A stretch of DNA of 64,000 nt. It comes from the human T2T-CHM13v2.0 reference genome, Homo sapiens. The position numbers and the translations under genes are program-made. Shown here piece after piece: positions 13,513 to 34,038 of the stretch. Where the stretch lies: the NCBI RefSeq assembly GCF_009914755.1, contig NC_060926.1. The stretch is one strand, 5' to 3'. The first letter of the stretch is position 1; every line of letters begins with the position of its first letter. Below the pieces are notes generated by a model. It did not search any database. It had not been told where the DNA came from and saw only the letters and a list, made by a program, of their open reading frames with translations.

Positions 13513-14031
13513 CTCTTTGTCATAAGTAATCACATGGTAATCAATATTGTCAGCTAATTCAGGTTCCCTGTGGATCTCATTTATGGGGGCCAGTCTGCTT
13601 CTTGACTACATGTTCTCAGTAGGCAGCTGGGCTTCTCCCTAGGAGGACTGTACAGATTGATCAAGGGTGGATGTCCTGCTGGCTTCACAGATGAGGTAGG
13701 GGGTAGACGGCAGGTGTGTAGAGCAATGCTGGAAGGGGAGGCAAATCTCCTGCCAGGAGCCTGAGGTCTGAGGCCTGAAAAGATCTGTTTCCAAAAAGCT
13801 GGTTCCTCCAGTCAAAGAGATCGAGCTGGTGTGGCTTGTCTGAGAATGGCCTTCAGTGATCACCTGCTCATGGCCTTTCTGACTGGAAGTTGTGGCTGCC
13901 CTTTGCCTCTTAACACCTGGCACGTATTGGCATGACCGTGATCAGGTGAGTGAGCTGGGAGAAGGTGGTCTCCTTTGGGCCATGTGGATGGATGCATTCT
14001 CTTCTCTTGTCTTCTGGAACACCCCAATCTC
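13513..14031 (-). pseudogene. Antisense pseudogene exon: end of Cys-rich domain through ECL2 (heavily frameshifted)
   Basis: Fragments PKETTFSQLTHLITV, SSISLTGG, YLI/VK and RLAPINEIHREPELADNIDYHVITYDKE (compare CaSR [24 protein letters not shown]); donor site degraded. Confidence 0.6.
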
Positions 14032-14103
14032 CTACTGGCTAATATAGCTCCTTCCTGGTCATTTGCTGGTGATGTTGGTGGTAGTGTGGATAGTGGTAGT
14101 ATT

Positions 14104-14137
14104 GGTGGTGGTGGTGGTGGTGGTGGTGGTGGTGGTG
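14104..14137. repeat. (GGT)n microsatellite
   Basis: About 11 perfect GGT units with a degenerate extension back to about 14070. Confidence 0.95.
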
Positions 14138-14159
14138 TTGGTCCCTTCGTGGCTTCCTG

Positions 14160-15030
14160 ATGTCTACGTATTGGAGTGCCCCACGGATTGGACCTGAGTG
14201 CTTTCCTTGTCTCTATACTCTCTCCCTAGGAATTGCATCCAGTCCTGTTCTTTAAATTTTATCAATATGTGAATGACTACCAATTATATTTCTTTTCTTC
14301 TCTCTCTCCTCAACTGCGAAGTCATAAATTCAACTTCTTACTCCAAACTTCTACCTGAAGTCTAACAGGTGTCTTAAATCTGATGTGTCAAGCACATTTC
14401 TTGATTCTCATTCCCAAACTTGTCATCCTCATCAGTAATCCTCATCTCAGTAAATGGCACTACATTTACTAAGTTTGAGCCAAAAATGTAGAAGGTGTGC
14501 TTGATTTCCCTCTATGCTAACCCCTCGCACTCTCTCTATCATCAAGTTCCAAGACTATATATCAGATTTGTCCATTCTTTATCTCCCCTGCCACTGCCCC
14601 GGCCCAAGCCCTATTATCTTGCATGTGGAATACCGCAGAGTCCTCCTAAATGGTCTCTCTGCTTTCATTCTTGCCCACTAGAACCTATTCTCCATTCAGC
14701 AGTTGGCCACCCAACTGCTATATCCTTTCAGTGGTTTTCAGTCGAACCTAGAAAAGTTTCCAGTTGAACCTAGAAAAAAAAGTCTAAACTTCTTACTGTG
14801 CCTATGAAGCATTACAAAGGCTGCCCCTGATCAGCTCTTAAACCTCATCCTTTATGATTCCCCCTCACTTGCTACTCTGGCCTTCCTTGAATAAACCAAG
14901 TAGTGTTCAGCCTCAGAACCCTTGCACTTCGTGTTGACTCTACATAAGATGCTTTTACCTGGTAAGAATGGTTTCCTCTTATTCATGTTTCAGCTCAGGT
15001 GTCTCCTCCATGGAGAGGCCTTGCCTGATC
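14160..15030. mobile_element. Old L2 fragment
   Basis: L2-like motifs (catctcagtaaatggcac, cccttgcactt, gagaggccttgcctga). Confidence 0.65.
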
Positions 15031-15035
15031 TCCAT

Positions 15036-15125
15036 ATTTTTTTAATTATTATACTTTAAGTTTTAGGGTACATGTGCACATTGTGCAGGTTAGTTACATA
15101 TGTATACATGTGCCATGCTGGTGCG
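15036..15125 (-). mobile_element. Very short young L1 3' end (L1PA2/L1HS-like)
   Basis: Reverse complement cgcaccagcatggcacatgtatacatatgtaactaacctgcacaatgtgcacatgtaccctaaaacttaaagtataat plus A tail. Confidence 0.9.
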
Positions 15126-16831
15126 TTTCTTAAAAACTCCCCCAGCCTCTTTGATATCACCTTTTGACCTGTCTTTTCACTTGATTGTAAGTTTTTGATG
15201 TACGGAATATTTTATCCTTGTGTAATTGGTCTGTTTTATCATTTATAATTATTTTTTTAATCTTGTTTAAGAAATCTTGGCCTAATCTCAGGTTACCAAG
15301 ATATTTTAATACTTTTCTTACTTTATTGAACATCTTGACCAATAAAGTCAGATCCAGTGAATAAATACTCTCGCTTCCATTCCTAAGATGGGCAGCCTGA
15401 GGATCATTCATTATGGTTCTTCAGAGAGTCCCCAGCAAGAGTGAGGCTCAGTTGACCACACTGGTGACCAGCCCAATTGGCTTCCCTTCTCATCCTTTCC
15501 CTCTTCCTGGTTCCTCACTCCTAATCCTTGTGATCACTTGAAAAATAAACCTACTGAGAACAAAACCCTATCTCAAGATTTGCTTTTGGGAATATTAGGT
15601 GGAGACATTCTTATTTTTTTTCTCATTTGGATATTTAATTCTTTTAGAATTGATTTTTTTTTTTTAGTGTGGCATAATGTAAGGGTCTAATTTTTACCAA
15701 CCTGGATAACCATTTCTTCTAGCTTCTCCACTGATGTGTAATGTCACACATAACATGCATCAAGCTGCCATTTACATATATATATATATAGGGTTTATTT
15801 CTGGGCTTTCTAGTCTGATCCATTGCCCTATCTATTCTGCATCAATACATATCACACTCTAGTAAATACTAAAATTTTATAACGTATTAATATCAGGTAG
15901 GGTAAGTTCTCTCAACTTTTTTCTCTTTCAAAATTGTCTTGGCTATTACAGCCATTTTATCATTCTTATAACTTTTAATATCATTTTGTCAACCCTTGAA
16001 AACCCTGTTGAATTTTTATTGAAATTGCATAGAATAAATGTGGAGAGAACTGACGTCTCTAAAATATTGACCGTTTCTATTCACGAACATAGAGATATCT
16101 CACTATTTATTCTTTCCTTTTTAGACCCTTTATTCATTTATTCAGCAAATCCTTATTTCCAATGTTGCTCAATAGGGATAAAGAAGTGAGAAAAATCTCA
16201 TCGAGCTTACATTCTACTTAGGGTATATAGACAGTACACAAATAAGTACATAATATTTCAGATAGTGACAATGTCATAAAGAAAAATAAAGAATAATGGA
16301 GGTGTACAGTGACAGAAATGTGCCATTTTATGTAGGGTGTCCAAGGAGAGCCTTGCTAACAAGCTGCATGTAACTCAAGATCTAAATGCAGTGAGGGACT
16401 AAGCCATGGAGCTGAGGCAGAGAAAACCTCAGTTGCAAAGACCTGAGAGAGGACTATACATGGTCCTTTAGGCAACGGCAAGGGAGACCACTGGCTGGAG
16501 AGGTAGAGAGGGGTTGGGCGGGAAGTGGTTTCTCAGAGGTATATAGAACTTATAGGCCATGGCAAAGACTTTGGATTCTTAAGTAAGAGAAGACATCAGA
16601 GAGTTTTGAGCTGGGGACTATAATCTGAATTACGTTGTGAGGACTTCCTCTGGATTCTACATGGATAATAGACTTTAGGAGGGCAAGGATGGGGCAGGAG
16701 TAAGGAGGCTATTGCAATGGTCTCGGAAGGGTGATGGTGAATTGGACTAAGTTGGTAGCAGTGGAAGCGTTCAAAAGTGGGTAGATTCTGAAAATGCAGA
16801 TACGTGTGGGTATGTATTCATATACACATAT

Positions 16832-17472
16832 ACAGTCAATTCTCATTATTCCTGATAGTTATATTCTATAAAGTCACCATGAACATAGACTTAGCAAATA
16901 TTGGACCATTGCTTCTAGTAGAAATACAGAATAAGGTTTTTCGAAGCCTCTGGTCATATTTTCCTCAACTGATAAATACATAACCTTGTTTTATATGTGT
17001 TTCTGTATAAAGACACCTTATGTAATATCACATTGATTTATTACTATTGAACTCATATCCAACAGCACTATATCTCATGCCTGAACAAAGCTCATCTAAC
17101 ACATGTACTTTCTGTCCCACGTCACAGCCTTCTTGTACTTAGGAACACTAGACAACTCTTCAGCATTACACTTGGGTGCCACTTTATATAGTGAAATTAC
17201 CAACAAAAAGCACAAAAACGCACACAAAAAAGTGGCACTAAATAGACCACAAACGGACTCTTGTTTACAGTGTGAACGCTGAAACAAGAAGGCAAAGCAT
17301 CACCTTGTTTGACCTCAGCTAAGAGCATGCATAGGTGACTCAAATAATTTGCCACACTGCATGTCTGCAAATGACCAGGGAAGTGCCACGAGTATTGATT
17401 GGAGGGTTCACATAAATTTGAACTAATAGACAAATTTGCAGATTTGGAATCTGTGAATAATGAAGATTGTGT
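16832..17472. mobile_element. Tigger-family DNA transposon (MER82-like)
   Basis: Terminal inverted repeats cagtcaattctcattatt...aataatgaagattgtg with an MER82-like body. Confidence 0.7.
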
Positions 17473-18009
17473 GCCAATTAGCTTTACTCAACTTTTTAAA
17501 AATCTATTGGTACTTTTAGTGGGATTGTGTTAAATTTATAAATAAACATAGGGAGAACTCCCATCTTTATGATGCTAGACTGCCTCCCCAAGAACACGCC
17601 ATGATGATCGATTTGTTCAAGGGTCCTCTGTGCCCTCAGTGGAACTTTTACATTTATTTCCTGCATGTGGGTGGGTGATGCAGACTTTCTTTACACTTAG
17701 TCTGAGCTTTGGTGGCAGTGTGCTTTCGTTGTTATTATAAATGAGGTCTTCCCTTGCATTATATCTTTTAACTGGTTTTTACTCCCATATAGGAAAGCTA
17801 CTCATTTCTATATCTTAATTTTGAAACTTACTAAATTTTCCTATTATGATAGTATATTTTTAATTGCTTCCCTTGGGTTTTCCAGGTATATAATCATACA
17901 ATCTGCTTTACTTTTTTGTGCTTGTTCTAACTTTTCCGAGGCATATGTTTAATTCAACTGGTGTCTTTTTTTCCCACTGGTTCATTATTTAAGGCTATTT
18001 ATTGGTTTG

Positions 18010-18330
18010 GTTTGGTTGTTTTTGGAGATAGGGATCCTGGTATGTCACTCAGGCTGGAGTGCAGTGGTGTAATCATAGGTCACTACAGCCTTGAACTCCT
18101 CAGCTTAAGTGATCTTCCTGCTTCAGCCTCCCAAGTAGCTGGGATACAGGCACATGGCACCAGGTCCCAATATTTTATTTTATTTTATTTTATTTTATTA
18201 TTTATTTTATTTTAGAGATGGGGTATCACTATGTTGCCTAGGCTGGTCTTGAACTCCTGGTCTCAAATGATACACCCATCTTAGCCTCCCAAGTAGCTGG
18301 GATGACAGGCATGAGCTACCACACCCAGCT
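18010..18330 (-). mobile_element. Alu (J-like)
   Basis: Diverged antisense dimer with (tattt)n middle. Confidence 0.85.
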
Positions 18331-19090
18331 AAGACTTTTCCCCTCCCTTTGGGCACTATATTAACAGTCTTCCATAGCTTCTCATAGGCAATGTTTTTTA
18401 TTATTGTCATTTGCTAAATATCCTGCAATTTGTATTTGCATTTCCTCTTTGACTCAGTTATTTAAGAGAGGGTGGGGAAAATGTGTATACTCTATTTTCT
18501 GGCTATGGAGTTCAACATGTATCAATCATATTGATCCTGTTAAACAAATAATTTGGGTCTTCCATCCTTTTCTGTTTTCTACACTGATCTCTCATGGGCT
18601 AAAAGAAACAAAAATAAAGTCTTCTATTAATAGTGTGTTTCTACCCATTTCTTATTGCATCTCCTATAATTTCTACTTTCTTAAAACTTTTTGGCCTGAA
18701 TTACATGGTCCCTGATTTCTTTTATTGATGTATACTGAATATATCTTTGCCTATATATTTATTTTCAATGTTTTGTATGTTTTTAAATGAGTCTTGTATA
18801 CATGATAAAATGTTGGGTTTTACTTTGTAATTCAGTCTCTCAAAATTTCTTTTTTAAATAAGTGAGTTAAGCCCATTTACTTTTATTGATAGAACCAAGA
18901 CGTTTGATCTTGTTTTAGTCACATTGGTTTATATTATATGTTCTAGGGATTTGGGTTTTTTAAAAGTCAACACTCTGCATTCTGTCTTCTATTCATTTTA
19001 TGTGCATGTGTGTACTTCTGATACTAAGGAAGATTTGCATTTTTCTTCTAGTGGTTACAACTAGCTAGTGGCTACCTAGCTGAGACTATC

Positions 19091-24876
<5,786 letters not shown>

Positions 24877-25379
24877 GATACTTTCAGCCTTCCTTACAGT
24901 TCGCTCTGACCATGTCATTAGGTTCTAGCCAATGGCATATAAGCAGAAGATATGTGAGCCACCTCTGAGTCTTTTCCTTGAAATAAATGAATGGGTAAGC
25001 AGCCCACACTCATTTCCTATTTTTTCAGTGGTTAGGAGTGTATACTTCCAATTTAAAGAAGGTTTGCTTTTTTGTTCTAGTGATTACTTTTAGGATTACC
25101 TTTATATGATTCCTTTGGTGCTCTATTTTAGACAGTATCCTTTAGTTTCCCACCCAGAAGATTTATAAAATCAGCCTGTGTGCCATTCCATTGTCCAGTC
25201 TTTTTCCTCTCCCATCCAATTTTAGGCTGTGCCATTACCATGTTTACCTTTCAGCCATTAACCTTGCTTTACATCTACTCTTGGATTTGTCAACACAATA
25301 CCTTTGGATTCCTACCTATAAAATAAACAAAGAACTTGCCCTACAGCCTATTTTTGCTCTCTCCTCCCTGTTTTTCGTT

Positions 25380-27135
<1,756 letters not shown>

Positions 27136-27493
27136 ATCACTGGTGATTTCTTAGACCTACTGTTGCTTGACCCTCTTGGTACTCTTCTGCTGCTGCTGTC
27201 ACCTTCTGCTTGATTTCAGCTACTTTAAAAACTTTCTTTATTGTGAATGATAAGACCACATATGGATATGTACAAGCATAGTGTAAATGATTGGCACTGT
27301 GTAAAAACAGGTTGCTTTGTGGTTATTGGTTTCTGCGTGACAACAACCAAGATGGGATGTTGGTGGCCGAGGACTTAGCCCCGCAAAAGTAGAAGGAAAA
27401 CAAAATTCAATGCTTGTAAACTATTGACATATAAAGTGTGTAAATCTTTGTTTATAGTTCTAAAGGATTATTTTCTTTCTTTTCTGTTTGCAG

Positions 27494-27538
27494 GAAAAAA
27501 GAGAAGGCATAGATCTAAAGTAAATGGTCTCCAAAGAG
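27494..27538 (+). CDS. SP100: SP100 exon (RKKRRHRSKVNGLQR)
   Basis: tttgcag acceptor and gtaag donor; 45 nt, phase 1-1. Confidence 0.92.
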
Positions 27539-28238
27539 GTAAGAAGAAATGTGGGGATTTACTCCTTTGAACTCGCTGTGGTCCTGTTCTTCCTGCCAGA
27601 CCCCATCTTTGCTGCAGCCTCAGAATCTCCTATGGGCCACGGTAGCTTCAGACCTCATGGATTCTTTAGAGTACCAGCTAAGTCATTGTAACAAACAGAT
27701 CCCAAAATACAGTGGCTTAAACCAAATAATCTAAGAGCCCAGAAGTGGTAGGCAGTCTGCCTTCCTTAACATGAGGTTTCCAACTGTGGGTCCACAAGGG
27801 CTGAGCTGGTTGACATTGTCTCCCAACCAGTGGGAATGAAAAAAAAATTGACAAAAGAACCAGCCATTTATTTATTTTAATAGAAAGACTCAAAAGTCTT
27901 CTGCCCACATCCCATTGGCCAAAACTTGGTCACACAGCCAGAGCTAGCTGCAAAGCGAGGCTGAGAAATATAACGCTGGCCGGGCAGTCCTTGGTTCAGC
28001 TGTAAGTCTATTCTTATGGAAGAAGGAATGATTATGGGTGACAAATAGCAATATGCCTACTTGCCCTTTATGTTTGCCTCCAAAGTCACTGATTCCCTTA
28101 AATGTGGAGGAAAACTCAGACTCTCCATTTATTCAGATCCAGCCTTTTTGTCACCTGAGACTCTTTGGCAAGGACAGGAGCTGGAAGCTGAGATGCATTA
28201 CAGAGATATGTGGGCAGAGACATGCCAGCCTTGATTAG

Positions 28239-28713
<475 letters not shown>

Positions 28714-29597
28714 TGAAGATAAAAAAGACGTGACAGTCCATTCTCTTCATCAGATCTTGTGAATTTTATGCTTATTGCATTCCTCCTTTTCTTCCTCTTC
28801 TTTGTCTCTCTTTTATTTCCTTCCATCTCCCATTCTACTTATGCTTCTCTTGCATACTTTATTTCTTTATTTATTTTTGCATCTTGTAAAATACTTCTGG
28901 CAAGTTGATATGGCACTATAGAGATAGTAGCACTTTTTCCTCTAGAGCTAAAGCATATTTGGATATATTTTTTCCCATTACTTCTGATTATTTGTCTGTC
29001 ACTCATATACATAGATATATATGTTTATGTAAATGATATATTTTCAAGTATAAGTAACTTTAAATATAACTCTACTATAAATAAGTATATACATATAATA
29101 TTTCTAGCATCTCTATCATTTTTATTTCTATACCTATCTGTCATCTTGGTTATATTCCAGTTTGTACTTACCCAGGTCTAAGATGTTTTTTCCGTCATGT
29201 TTCTACTGGTTTCTATAGAAGCCTCTCTACCTTAACTATTTTATTAAAATACTTGGATTTGTTAAGTCTAAGCAGAAATCACATTTATTCCTTCTACTTC
29301 CTTTTCAAACCTGTTCTCTCAAATAGTTCTTTTCTTGCCAATGGATGAAGTCTTAGGTAAGCCCTAGAGCTATGCTAGTCCCTTTTAGCGGTAATATCTC
29401 ATTTAATATTAAAAAGCGTGAGCTGATATAATATTAAAACTGGAAATTATGTGGTAGGGAAGCTGGGTGAAGTCAGCATTTACTTTCATCCACACTTCCT
29501 CTCCAACTCCACTCAGTGTCTATTGCTTTCAGCTAATTTGGGTCTAGGAGGAGGAGGAGAAGGAAGTGGACAGGAGCAGGAATGGTCCTCATACTAT

Positions 29598-29685
29598 ATA
29601 GGTTGGTGCAAAAGTAATTGTGGGTTTTGCCTTTTAAAAAAAAAGGGAATAGCAAAAACTGCAATTACTTTTGCACCAACCTTAT
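29598..29685. mobile_element. MADE1 mariner MITE
   Basis: Palindrome taggttggtgcaaaagtaattg...caattacttttgcaccaacct. Confidence 0.9.
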
Positions 29686-29817
29686 AGATTTTGGTGTCTC
29701 CTAGATATGGTGGATGCATGAGCCATATTCATTTGTGAGTTCTTCAGAGACACTCAACTTAGAGAGAACCTCTCAACCAAAGTTCCCCTAATTCAGGAAC
29801 TTCAACTGGATGCTTAC

Positions 29818-29943
29818 CAATTCCCTCAGTCTCCCAGCTCTGGGAGGTCCACACTACACTCCTGCTGGGGTCAACTCATCCATCCAAGTGATTCTCCCAG
29901 ACAGAATATCTCTCAAGAAGAACTAAGTGAGTTCCTCCTTTCC
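29818..29943 (-). pseudogene. Candidate antisense pseudogene exon (GKGGTHLVLLERYSVWENHLDG*VDPSRSVVWTSQSWETEGI)
   Basis: ctccctag acceptor and gtaagc donor; 126 nt, phase 1-1; VVWTSQSW resembles class C xWxASExW. Confidence 0.45.
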
Positions 29944-30496
29944 CTAGGGAGACCTATAGGAATTATGACTCTTCATACCCTCTCAACATTCTAGGATTGA
30001 GTCTATAAATGTCTCTGCCTTCCTCAAACTCCTGAAGGTGAAGATCAGTTACATTGAAACTGAAGTCTTCTCAGTTGCCTTAAGGACGGAGGAGCACTTT
30101 ACTCAACTTCTATAACATGGTGTTAACCTTTAGTATTTGGGTAGGAAATCCAAGAATAGCCACACTACTTCCTGTGGGGTATTTGAGCAAGACAATTTGC
30201 AAAGAATAATTACAAAGGAAGTCCCAAGAGCTCTATAGTATTAGCAGATCTTAAGCCCCAAATCTTCTAGTAAGTAGAGCTCGAGTAAACGGAACTAAAC
30301 TACTTGTATACCTCTAATTTGTTTGTCCTCAGTGGACTTTGATGAAAGGTGACTACAACAGGACCAAAGACATAGATGAACAGAAAAAGAGTCTTTGTTT
30401 GTCTAAGATATTTATGGTTGGACAAGTTCAAATTGTGGCCAGGCCATATAAAGAAAGAAAGGAAAGAAAAATGCAGGGAGATGGTGTGAGGAGGGA

Positions 30497-30695
30497 AAGA
30501 GGGAAGGAGGGAAGGATGAAGGGAAGGAGGAAAGGATGAAGGGAAGGAGGGGAGGGGAGGGGAGGGGAGGAGAGGAGAGGAGAGGAGAGGAGAGGAGAGG
30601 AGAGGAGAGGAGAGGAGAGGAGAGGAAAGGAAAGGAAAGGAAAGGAAAGGAAAGGAAAGGAAAGGAAAGGAAAGGAAAGGAAAGGAAAGGAAAGG
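30497..30695. repeat. Compound polypurine pentanucleotide repeat (GGAGG)n(GGAGA)n(GGAAA)n
   Basis: Directly visible. Confidence 0.95.
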
Positions 30696-30925
30696 ATCAG
30701 CACCTTTAAACATGGCACTCATGAGATGCTCCTGCACATACCTCACTGTCTTTCTACCTACCCCCATCACCTGCTGAATCTAACAGCATATTCCTGAAAT
30801 AGGGTTTTAATCAACCCTTTGTTAGTCCTAACCCTAAGGCTTTCTGGGACTTGAATCTCTATACAAATTCCCCTTGGACAATAATCTCTTGGTTAGTTTC
30901 TTAGATCCTAATTTTTTGGCCAAAC

Positions 30926-31083
30926 CTATGTGAATAAGGTCTTTGGTCATTTTCACTGTATTTTCAGCCTCAAAGCCTTCATTGAGGGCTAAGATGGTGG
31001 CTAGTGTGTCACCATCATAATGAGCAGGACAATCCAAATTCTTGCATTGCTGCCATTGATTTCTGCCTACAACCAGAGGAAAT
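30926..31083 (-). pseudogene. Antisense pseudogene exon (DFLWL*AEINGSNARIWIVL / AHYDGDTLATILALNEG...MTKDLIHI)
   Basis: ttgcag acceptor, phase 1 matches the upstream exon; EINGSNARIWIV resembles VFT IQNSTAKVIVV and ARVIIL; 3' boundary tentative. Confidence 0.6.
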
Positions 31084-31538
31084 CTGCAATGCTTCACTTC
31101 ATTTTGCAATATCTGTATGCTGAAGTTTCTTCATTGGTCATAGGGGTAGTAAAAGTCTCTATCTCATAAATGAATTAGTAGATGTAAATATCTTGTGTTA
31201 GTGTCTAGCACATAATAAGCACTTAAGTCTTAGCCCTCATTATTATTATTCTTACAGTATTCTTTGGGATATAAATGAAACTGTCGTAAATTCTTTTTAA
31301 AATTAATGTTGGGGGGAGGCAAATGAATTTGGATTAATGTCACGGGAAAGGAAAGAAAATCTAGGATGAACCCAGGTTAACCATCAAAGGCTTGGTAATT
31401 GCAAGGCTATGTGTTACATATTTTTCTTTGTGTGTTAGGCTCTGGAAAAGTTATAGCTAAATAAAATTTTTGAAAGCACTATTATATATAATGTGAGTTT
31501 TTTACACCATCCATATTTATATTTTCCTATTTTCTCAG

Positions 31539-31613
31539 GGAGAAAGAAAGACAGACCTAGAAAACATTTAACTCTGAATAACAAAGTCCAAAAGAAAAGA
31601 TGGCAACAAAGAG
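31539..31613 (+). CDS. SP100: SP100 exon (GRKKDRPRKHLTLNNKVQKKRWQQR)
   Basis: ttctcag acceptor and gtaaaa donor; 75 nt, phase 1-1. Confidence 0.92.
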
Positions 31614-32077
31614 GTAAAAAAAAAAAAATACATTTTAAATAAATAACGTCTAAATTCTCATGCTCTTAGTAAGAAACATTTTTTTCCTAAATGCTTTATG
31701 TAGCTGTACTTACTGTTGAGAAATATATCAGATGTAGTCAAGTTCCAAAATATGTCAGGGAAAAAAAGATGATAACACCACAAACAAGTAGCTAGGTGAT
31801 GAATCTGCAACCATACCCCAGGGCCCAGGAGCTGCTTGCAGTGCTTCCTCTCCTGAGCTGATAACTTTCAAGGCTGGAAATAGTTGCTGGCATAAAAACA
31901 AAAACAAAACAAACAAAACCTATGTAATTCACAAGTGATGTAGCTGTCCCTCCTCTTGCCCATCACCACGTGGTAATTGTGTGGACTTGGGTCTGCCCCA
32001 AGTAAATTACAGTTTACTCATCTGTAAAGTGAAATTAAGTCAGTTAGACAAGACTGGCTGCCCTCCAAGGCCCATAC

Positions 32078-32205
32078 CAGCTTCCCATGTGGCTTCTCAT
32101 TCCGTGGATCTCCTACAGGACTCGGTAAAAACTATGGACAGCCCCCTCTCCCGCATCATCAGCACAGAGCTCTTGTAGACTGTGCCTCTTCCCCAGTGTC
32201 ACTGG
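32078..32205 (-). pseudogene. Antisense pseudogene exon (ASD / WGRGTVYKSSVLMMRERGLSIVFTESC...EATWEA)
   Basis: ccaacccttccag acceptor and gtatgg donor; resembles CaSR [28 protein letters not shown]. Confidence 0.65.
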
Positions 32206-32295
32206 CTGGAAGGGTTGGAACAGCAGCTCAGAATCCTCAAGTTAATTTTAAGACCTTCACACCTGTTTCTACTAAATCAGCTCTTCAGTCCCCAC

Positions 32296-32461
32296 CTCCA
32301 CCACATAGAGGCTCTAAAATGCAAAGCCTCCTCCCTGTACAACTTGCAGATGATTCTGGAACTCTGATGAGCTGTTCTTTCAGCCAGGAGAAAGGTGCAT
32401 GAAGGAGGAGGCAAGCAGAGAAGACAGACATCATCTCCTGCCAGACTGCCCTGTTGTTATC
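32296..32461 (-). pseudogene. Antisense pseudogene exon (frameshifted; ITTGQS...SSFMHLSP...SLYVVE)
   Basis: gagcag acceptor and gtgggg donor; weak resemblance to ISY...SFLRTxP; reading frame ambiguous. Confidence 0.4.
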
Positions 32462-32628
32462 CTGCTCAAATTTACAGACAAATTTGTCATCTAAAAGAGT
32501 TTTAACACCTAAAACTCTTTCTCTGGCCACATAACTTCATATAGACTCTCTCTCTCTCTCTCTCTCTCCCCCTATATATATATATATAAATGTATGCAAC
32601 TGCTTCTCCATAGTTGGTGGTGGCAAAC

Positions 32629-32910
32629 CTGCTTGGGAATTAAGACACTGGATGGTCCTTCTAGAAGATACACAACCCACTGCTGTTCCCTCAGTGAGAG
32701 TATCTCTTAAAAACACCCAGTACAGCTCCCATCCACAAGGTCTGCACCAGACCATGGGAATCGTGCTTCTTCATTATTCCCCTGCTGGCTCCCAGCTCAG
32801 CCCTCTGGCACCCTTGACCCCGCTAGCCATGACCTTCACCTTTACACTTCTCAGAGGTGAGTCTGAGAGTCTCTCATTCCCTGACATTCCCAGGGACGGA
32901 GGTCCATCTC
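32629..32910 (-). pseudogene. Antisense pseudogene exon 2: start of Venus-flytrap domain
   Basis: ctaagcag acceptor and gtttgc donor; SVKVKVMASGVKGARGAELGASRGI...VQTL / VDGSCTGCF*EILSLREQQWVVYLLEGPSSVLIPKQ shows DxxC, GPSS and an IPxQ phase-0 intron. Confidence 0.6.
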
Positions 32911-33783
32911 CTGCTTAGATGTCTTTAAACCTCATTTGGCTTGAGAGAAGGTATCTGACAATTCTCTCCAGAGAAATGTGGCCTCTCTCATAAGGCCTGG
33001 AGGTGGGGAAGGCTGATGCTGGCAGAACCAGGCTCCCAATCCCCTACCATGTTCTTTGCAGATAGACTGGCATCTTGCCTTAGGATATAGGAGTACTGGG
33101 CTCCTATTGTGGCATTCTTGGATGTTGAGGCTTCTGCTAATATTCTGAGATAACCAAAGAGTCGCCTAAACACGGTGATATACTCTTTTGCCAAGAATGA
33201 TTAGTCCCTGCTATGAAAAAATATATATTTTAAAATAACTTTTAATTTTTTCTGACCATATTATTATTTTACATGGTTAATGTAGAATTAAAACTAGTAG
33301 ACCCAAGAACAGTTAAGTCCTACTTTGTCCAGGCATTTGACTGCCCGGATATACAATTGTAGTGAGGTGCTGGAGCCAGCGAACACACAAAGAACCACTG
33401 GAAAGCACAGTTCTGCGGCACTTTATTATACATGATCTGCTCCTCAGCCCTGATGTCTCCAGGCCAAGAGCTGGGAAGCAGCGCAATGAGCTTCTGGTGT
33501 TTTGCCCTGAAGTTGTTTGCCCTCAATAGGTTTTGATTGAAAGGAAATCCCTGCAGTCCAAGAAGGATTTAAACAAGAGATAAACTGAGAGCAAGAGAAT
33601 ATACATTGACCAATAATGGCTAGGGCTGAACATACCCAGGTTATGGCCAGAGCTGGATCTCCAGTTTGACCACTTTATGAGAAAGAAGAAAGCAGACAGA
33701 ACACAAGTGTCTTTTGATGGAACTGTGGGGAGAAGGGAGAGTTGGGGGAAGGAGGAGAGAAGAGTTAGAAGTGGCCAGTTTTC

Positions 33784-33862
33784 CTGGGTGCACCTGCAAC
33801 TTGAGCATCATGAGTGACAGGAGGGAGAGTCCCACACAGAACCACCCCTGTGTGGATGACAT
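33784..33862 (-). pseudogene. Antisense pseudogene exon 1: signal peptide MSSTQGWFCVGLSLLSLMMLKLQVHP
   Basis: ATG with A at -3 and a hydrophobic core; phase-1 end fits exon 2, but the donor reads gaaaac (GT lost). Confidence 0.55.
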
Positions 33863-34038
33863 TTTACTGTGGCAACCGCATCAACTACCATACTTGGCCC
33901 AATCATGGTCTTTGAAACTGATCGATCTAGAGCAATTTTACCTGAGAGACAAGGAACGAGTGGTAAGAAAGCTTCATCTAATTCCTTGAGGTCTCCATTC
34001 TTCCACATTTTACGTGTTTCTTTTAAACCTTTAGTTCA

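Noticed and set aside
30300-30770. 156-aa low-complexity ORF
   Set aside because: Translation of the pentanucleotide repeat.
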